Shown in pieces: positions 60,160 to 64,000 of a stretch of DNA of 64,000 nt. The notes beneath the pieces were generated by a model, which was not told the DNA's origin, ran no database searches, and saw nothing but the letters and a program-made list of their open reading frames with translations. Location of the stretch: the NCBI GenBank assembly GCA_965200315.1, contig OZ241362.1, positions 3,424,001 through 3,488,000 of the forward strand. The letters run 5' to 3'. The DNA is from Candidatus Latescibacterota bacterium. GTDB lineage: Bacteria > Latescibacterota > UBA2968 > UBA8231. The stretch's first letter is position 1; each line of letters begins with the position of its first letter. The position numbers and the translations under genes are program-made.

Positions 60160-61042
60160 AACCAAACGTGGGTCAACACCTCATAATCTCTCGCATGCCG
60201 GCGAAAATGCGGCCGCCATACGGCGGCCGGACTGCTCATCAACCCCGCCAAGGGGCGCTCGACGCCCCACCGGCGTGGTAACACCTCAAAGCCGCCGCCT
60301 TGTTTGGCGACGACTTCCCAGTCTATTTTGTGCGTCTTTTTTTGGTTGGCCCCCACGTTGGGATGGCCGCGCCTTGGTAGCCGCCATCCGCCCATAGCTT
60401 CCGTAAGCGGGCCACGCCAGCGGCTCCTAAGCAGGTCAACACCTGCTTGAGGCCGTCGCGATCATCCACGGCGGCGGCCGTGACCACCCCCTGTCGAAGC
60501 AAGCCCAACGTATCCACCAACAGAGGCCGTTTGCGTCCCTTGATCTTTTTACCGGCTTCATACCCGGTTGTTCTACCATGCGTTGCGGTCTTAATCGTCT
60601 GCCTATCGACGATGCCAGCCGACGGCAGCCCAGCCCGTCCGTTCCGGCGACGCTCCCTTTGGGTACGCTGATCCAGCACCGGCGGCCAGACCCCTTGCAG
60701 GCTCCAACGACGAAAGTAATCATACACCGTTTGCCACGGCCCAAAACAACCAGGCAACAAAGCCCAAGGACACCCCGTCTTGTTCAAATACAAAAGGCCG
60801 TTGACGATTTGGCGGCGATCCCGCGGGGGCCGGCCCGGACCGTGAAGACGCCAGCGCGGCACCGGCCGCAACGGTGCGATCCGCCGCCATTGGGCATCGG
60901 TTCGATCGGTGGCATATGGCATAGGCGGCGTACTCATCACACAAGCCTTTCTGTTCAGATTTTGTGGTGAACACCTGAATAGGGCTCGATGAGTACGCCG
61001 GTTCAAATAGCGACTACATTAAGGGTTTGCAGACGCCTTCTG
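60160..61042 (-). mobile_element. Degenerate IS5-family (IS1031/IS427-like) element
   Basis: Y.TD.TDAQW, PWQTVY, GKKIKGRKR, VDTLG and WADGGY, then a frameshift to RRWGVER..RDYE. Conserved residues are altered (DRQ, YEAG). Start ATG 60937. Confidence 0.8.
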
Positions 61043-61115
61043 AAGGTTTTTGCATTGGCCACATGCCTCCTCCCGTCTGGTGTTTCTTAAACTCGGCACT
61101 TGCACAACGCGCTTG

Positions 61116-61142
61116 TTGACGTTAACGCTTCTGTGGTATAAT
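61116..61142 (+). promoter_or_regulatory. Sigma70-type promoter (extended -10)
   Basis: TGGTATAAT extended -10 at 61134-61142 with TTGACG upstream (15-bp spacer). A second GGTATAAT lies near 61237. Confidence 0.4.
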
Positions 61143-61284
61143 CCTAAGCACACGACAGTAGAGCGGTATGCGAAGCGGAGTCGAAGCATCTCAAATCGCC
61201 CATGCCTAACGTCCATTGGAGTACTGGCGTGTACTTAGGTATAATCATCATAATTACTCGCAATGCAAAAGGAATCTTAAAAAT

Positions 61285-61722
61285 ATGAGTGAAACCCGTC
61301 CCGTAATCGTGTACGACGGCGAATGCCGCTTCTGCCTGTGGAGCGTCGGCCGCATTCGTCGCTTTGACCGCAATGGCCGCTTTGAGTATCTGCCGCGCCA
61401 AACGGCCGGCATTGAAGAGCGGTTTCCCATCCTCTCCAGTTCTGACTTTAACACCGGCCTGCGCCTCATTCACGCCGGCGGACAGGTCGATGTTGGGGCG
61501 GATGCTGTGTACCAGATTTACCGCCGGCTTCCCCCTTGGAATCTGTTCACCGGGGTGTACCACATTCCGGGGCTGAAGCAGATCTTTCGCGCTGGCTATG
61601 GTCTCGTCGCGCGCAATCGGCACCGGTTTGGCAGGGTCGAATGCGCCGATGAAGCGTGCGAAATCCCGTACGGCGAGCGGCACAAGGGTGCCTCCGCTGA
61701 TTCCGCCACAAAGGCCCTATGA
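61285..61722 (+). CDS. DCC1-like thiol-disulfide oxidoreductase (DUF393)
   Basis: VYDGECRFC and Y..VARNR motifs. Confidence 0.88.
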   Translation: MSETRPVIVYDGECRFCLWSVGRIRRFDRNGRFEYLPRQTAGIEERFPILSSSDFNTGLRLIHAGGQVDVGADAVYQIYRRLPPWNLFTGVYHIPGLKQIFRAGYGLVARNRHRFGRVECADEACEIPYGERHKGASADSATKAL

Positions 61723-63056
61723 CCGCCCAGCGCAACGTCCTATTCCTCATCGCCGACGACTGGAGCCGCATCGCCGACTGCTACGGCAATAGCGTCGTCC
61801 GCACGCCCCGCATTGACGCGTTCGCCCGCGAGAGCACGGTCTTCGCCCAAGCCTTCTGCACCAGTCCTTCGTGTGCAGTCAGCCGCGCCTGCATCCTCAC
61901 GGGATACCACAGCCACACCCACGGCCAGTACGGCCACTGCCACGGCATCCACGGTTTCTCGACTCACCCCCATATTACCTCGACGCCCTCTAGCCTCAAG
62001 GAACATGGCTACGCCACGGCTTGCATCGGCAAAAAGCACGTAGAACCGCCCAGCGTGTACCCGTTCGACTTTGAGCCTGAAGTCAATGCCAGAAACGGCG
62101 TTGAATTGGCCCGCGCCGCTCGCGACTTTTGGGGTGCTTACCCCGACCAGCCGTTTTATATGCACGTGGGGTTTACCGACCCTCACCGCGCGGGTCGGGG
62201 TTTTGGCAATGAGCGTCCTTATTCCAACGTGCCGGAAACTCAGTACAGCCCCGACGACTTGGTAGTGCCGCCCTATCTGCCCGATGTGCCGGATGTGCGC
62301 GCCGACCTCGCTGAGTACTATCAGGCGGTCTCCCGCTTCGACTTTGGCGTGGGCTGTCTGCTCGACGCGCTGGAAGAATCGGGCCGGGCCGACGAAACCT
62401 TGGTCATCGTCACAACCGACCACGCCATGCCCTTCCCTGGGGCCAAGGCATCCTTCTTCGACAGCGGCCACCACTGCCCCTTTATCCTGCGGGCACCGGG
62501 CATCACCGCGCCTAGCACTCGCAGTCAATCCCTCATCAATTGGACTGATATTCGCCCGACCCTGCACGACTGGTGCGGAGTGCCCGCCCCAGAGGATTTG
62601 CCCGGTCGTTCCCTCCTGCCGGGCTTGGCCGATCCGTCCGTTCCCGACTGGGATCACACGTTCTTTTCGCACTGCTTTCACGAGGTGGTTGATTACAATC
62701 CCTACCGGGTGCTGCGCGGACGGCGCTACAAATTTGTGCGGAACTTGGCCGCTGGTCTCACCACTATGCTGCCTACGGACCTGTTCCGCTCGACTACGTG
62801 GACGGCAGTGCGGCGCGACGCGATTCCCACCATGGGCGAGCGTCCGACTCGCCACGTGATCACGCGGGAGCCCGAGGAGTTATACGATCTGGAGGCCGAT
62901 CCCACCGAAAGCGTCAATCGGATCGACGACCCCTACTTGCAGGAGGTGGCCGCCCAGATGCGCGCCCAACTCTACCAGTTCCGTTGCGACACGGCCGACC
63001 CTTGGCTGGAGGTGGACTTTCAGGAAGGGCGCATTGATCGCCTCGGCCCCAGATGA
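61719..63056 (+). CDS. Sulfatase (N-sulfoglucosamine sulfohydrolase-like)
   Basis: NVLFLIADD, CAVSRACILTG, GKKH, DPHR, TDH and ELYDL motifs. Confidence 0.9.
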   Translation: MTAQRNVLFLIADDWSRIADCYGNSVVRTPRIDAFARESTVFAQAFCTSPSCAVSRACILTGYHSHTHGQYGHCHGIHGFSTHPHITSTPSSLKEHGYATACIGKKHVEPPSVYPFDFEPEVNARNGVELARAARDFWGAYPDQPFYMHVGFTDPHRAGRGFGNERPYSNVPETQYSPDDLVVPPYLPDVPDVRADLAEYYQAVSRFDFGVGCLLDALEESGRADETLVIVTTDHAMPFPGAKASFFDSGHHCPFILRAPGITAPSTRSQSLINWTDIRPTLHDWCGVPAPEDLPGRSLLPGLADPSVPDWDHTFFSHCFHEVVDYNPYRVLRGRRYKFVRNLAAGLTTMLPTDLFRSTTWTAVRRDAIPTMGERPTRHVITREPEELYDLEADPTESVNRIDDPYLQEVAAQMRAQLYQFRCDTADPWLEVDFQEGRIDRLGPR

Positions 63057-63088
63057 TCCTAACGGTATAGGTGGCCGGTCAAATCGCC

Positions 63089-64000
63089 CTATTCAAACTG
63101 CTGTCGGCTCTGGCTGACCGCCTTGCCCTTGCCCCGAATTAGATCCGCTCTGTGCCAAGTCGAGACGGCGCGGCAGATGGTGTGCGACTCGCCGAGCATG
63201 TTCAGGAGCTGGTCTTGCGTGAACCAGTTTCCATCGCCGAGTGAGCCGCGGTCCACTTCGGCGTCTGCATACCCGTAGAGCCGTGAGACTCCGCCATCGG
63301 CTGCGCCGTCTTCGATGTAGGATGCCCAGGGGATATCGACGCTCAACTGACTCTTGACGAGCGACTGCAAGGAGCCGATCCGAGCGCCGACGTCCCAGCC
63401 GACCTTTTCTTCTTCCCAACCTGCGCCGCCGGGCAGTTCCCAGCTTCCATTGCTGTCCGCGCTGGTAAGGAGATACCGCGACTCTGAACCGGATGTCGAT
63501 TCGATGAGCAGGCGGGTGTCGGCGATTGGTTGGTCGAAGTGGATGGGTATTAGCCGCTTGCCAGCGTCGCTCAACGCATCGTAGGCGGTGCGGTCGTATG
63601 AATAATAGCCGGCGGCGGGCGGTGCTTTGACAGCGCAGTACTTGTTGAAGATCCCAACGCGGTCATCAGAAGTGGTGCCTCCCGGTGCCTTGTGCCAAGT
63701 ATGTGCATCCAGTAGCAGCAGATCGCCGGCTTTTAGTTCGGGATCGACAAAGTCGGGCAGTTGCTCGGGATCGGGGCGCGTGAGATCCAAGATGTGCGCA
63801 TCTGGGGCGATGACTTGCGCGAGTTTGTGCGATCCGGGCGAGACCAGTAGCGGGCCGTATTCGCGGTTGAAGTCGTTCAACGGAATGATGGCAAAGAGCC
63901 AACGCATTGAAGACCCCACCGGACGCCAGCGCTTGTAGTCGCAGTGAACGCCGCCGCCTTTGTCGCCTGGGGAGCGCAGATAGGCGACGTACGCGGTTAG
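63089..64000 (-). CDS. PhyH-family dioxygenase with C-terminal NUDIX-like domain (5' end outside window)
   Basis: The frame stays open to the window edge: VHCD, SPGSH and AGDLLLLDAHTWH, then RYLL..WELPGG..EE. Confidence 0.75.
   Translation of the reverse strand, partial: LTAYVAYLRSPGDKGGGVHCDYKRWRPVGSSMRWLFAIIPLNDFNREYGPLLVSPGSHKLAQVIAPDAHILDLTRPDPEQLPDFVDPELKAGDLLLLDAHTWHKAPGGTTSDDRVGIFNKYCAVKAPPAAGYYSYDRTAYDALSDAGKRLIPIHFDQPIADTRLLIESTSGSESRYLLTSADSNGSWELPGGAGWEEEKVGWDVGARIGSLQSLVKSQLSVDIPWASYIEDGAADGGVSRLYGYADAEVDRGSLGDGNWFTQDQLLNMLGESHTICRAVSTWHRADLIRGKGKAVSQSRQQFE

Noticed and set aside
60129-60395. Programmed frameshift yielding an active IS5 transposase
   Set aside because: Multiple substitutions at conserved residues and a truncated end indicate decay.
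61740-62855. 371-aa antisense ORF
   Set aside because: Shadow of the sulfatase gene.

Overview
GC-rich bacterial chromosomal window. The gene content (six PhyH-family Fe/2OG dioxygenases, GHL10-like hydrolases, a sulfatase, Gfo/Idh/MocA oxidoreductases, a DUF4159 protein) resembles Latescibacterota/Poribacteria-like sponge symbionts; this taxonomic call is inference only. It contains an RND efflux triad, a putative sugar-catabolic operon with an embedded MetE-like enzyme, rpoZ, a CdaA-YbbR fusion, tRNA-Leu(CAA), an nfeD-nfeD-floA operon, hrpA, coxD/coxE/xdhC with a divergent moaA-folC-Cys/Met PLP enzyme run, and many REP/MITE elements. Main finding: a translationally coupled three-gene cassette at 46448-48385 (STAS+GHKL anti-sigma-type kinase, stand-alone DUF4325-like STAS protein with a candidate phosphoacceptor, and a 2-TM protein). 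It lies between 110-bp direct repeats that duplicate the start of a neighbouring acylase gene and sits next to a vapBC pair. It is a candidate kinase-switched membrane-effector defence or TA system. Also notable: an IS1595 element with perfect 23-bp TIRs carrying a half-HsdS passenger gene between two decayed IS5 elements, a FolC-ATP-grasp fusion, a PhyH protein with HxG in place of HxD, and a possible ORF-less IS200/IS605 (omegaRNA-like) relic. No CRISPR array or rRNA was seen.
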